Source: a virus (lineage: Duplodnaviria > Caudoviricetes). From it: DNA of 64,000 nt. The DNA is taken from IMG/VR virus record IMGVR_UViG_3300032272_000006, positions 19,754-83,753 of that record; one strand, given 5' to 3'. Each line of letters starts with the position of its first letter. Positions within the stretch are counted from its first letter, which is position 1. Under the pieces are notes generated by a model. It was not told the DNA's origin, made no database searches, and saw nothing but the letters and a program-made list of their open reading frames with translations. Of this stretch, positions 63,602 to 64,000 are shown piece by piece. A program made the position numbers and the translations under genes.

Positions 63602-64000
63602 TACTCAAGGACTCAGAGCTGTTCTCGAAGGAGGACATTGCCAAGATCGAGGACATGAAGAACGCGGTATACGTCTGCGAGACCTGCCTCAGGAGTCGGG
63701 AGGGTGGCTGGGCGAACCAAGCGGTCGCGATCTTCTGGAACAAGGACGAGGCGAACGTGCCGCCTGGCGGTTCACGTTGGTTCGGAATGTTCTGGCGCGT
63801 CGAGGTATCGGGCCACCAGTCGCTCTTCATCACCAATGCTCAATCAGCCGTCGAGCATCCCATCACCGGCGTTATCGCCGAGAACGGAGACATCATCTAT
63901 TCGAGGTACCGGCATGACTATCGAGTGTCACCAGATGGGACGGCTATGGTCGATGGTGGGCGCGATTATTTTCGGACGGGTCCCGTTGGAATCGGCACCA
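63598..64000 (+). CDS. Conserved phage hypothetical protein (3' truncated by window edge)
   Basis: ATGA coupling; open to the end of the window; SRYRHDY...VDGGRDY. Confidence 0.6.
   Translation, partial: MILKDSELFSKEDIAKIEDMKNAVYVCETCLRSREGGWANQAVAIFWNKDEANVPPGGSRWFGMFWRVEVSGHQSLFITNAQSAVEHPITGVIAENGDIIYSRYRHDYRVSPDGTAMVDGGRDYFRTGPVGIGT

Noticed and set aside
1-64000. Calling the element a GTA or an integrated prophage
   Set aside because: It has a full replication and DNA-modification apparatus, unlike GTAs; no integrase, att site or host genes are visible, so lifestyle cannot be fixed from this window

Overview
This 64-kb window is part of a tailed dsDNA phage genome (siphovirus-type), GC-rich and mostly on the + strand. 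The host is most likely an alphaproteobacterium, given the GTA-like tail tip genes, RcGTA-like head-spike genes and CtrA-type TTAA-N7-TTAA boxes. Layout: (1) 1-19.1 kb, neck, tail, tape measure, baseplate, fibre and lysis genes; (2) 19.2-22.3 kb, a small XRE regulator and an array of promoter-leader-small ORF-hairpin cassettes; (3) 22.3-25.8 kb, an inverted, more AT-rich module of head-spike base, head fibre and beta-helix depolymerase; (4) 26-48 kb, replication genes (ThyX, SNF2, primase, UvrD, Dda-like, clamp, PolA, clamp loader) interleaved with a complete 7-deazaguanine DNA-modification pathway (folE, queD, queE, queC, queF, dpdA) that carries unusual fusions; (5) 48-64 kb, accessory genes, RtcB, a tRNA-like RNA, tRNA-Pro, a GIY-YIG nuclease and nucleotide hydrolases. 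Main signals: a palindrome YGTTTAAACR found 19 times by eye, including at rare codons and at a fixed offset from promoters; CtrA-box promoters in a shuffled cassette array; Gpt-FolE and QueF-ASCH-like fusions next to a Cys-cluster protein; and a tRNA mimic downstream of rtcB. No portal, terminase, capsid or integrase gene is visible in the window. All family assignments come from motif recognition by eye, not database searches.
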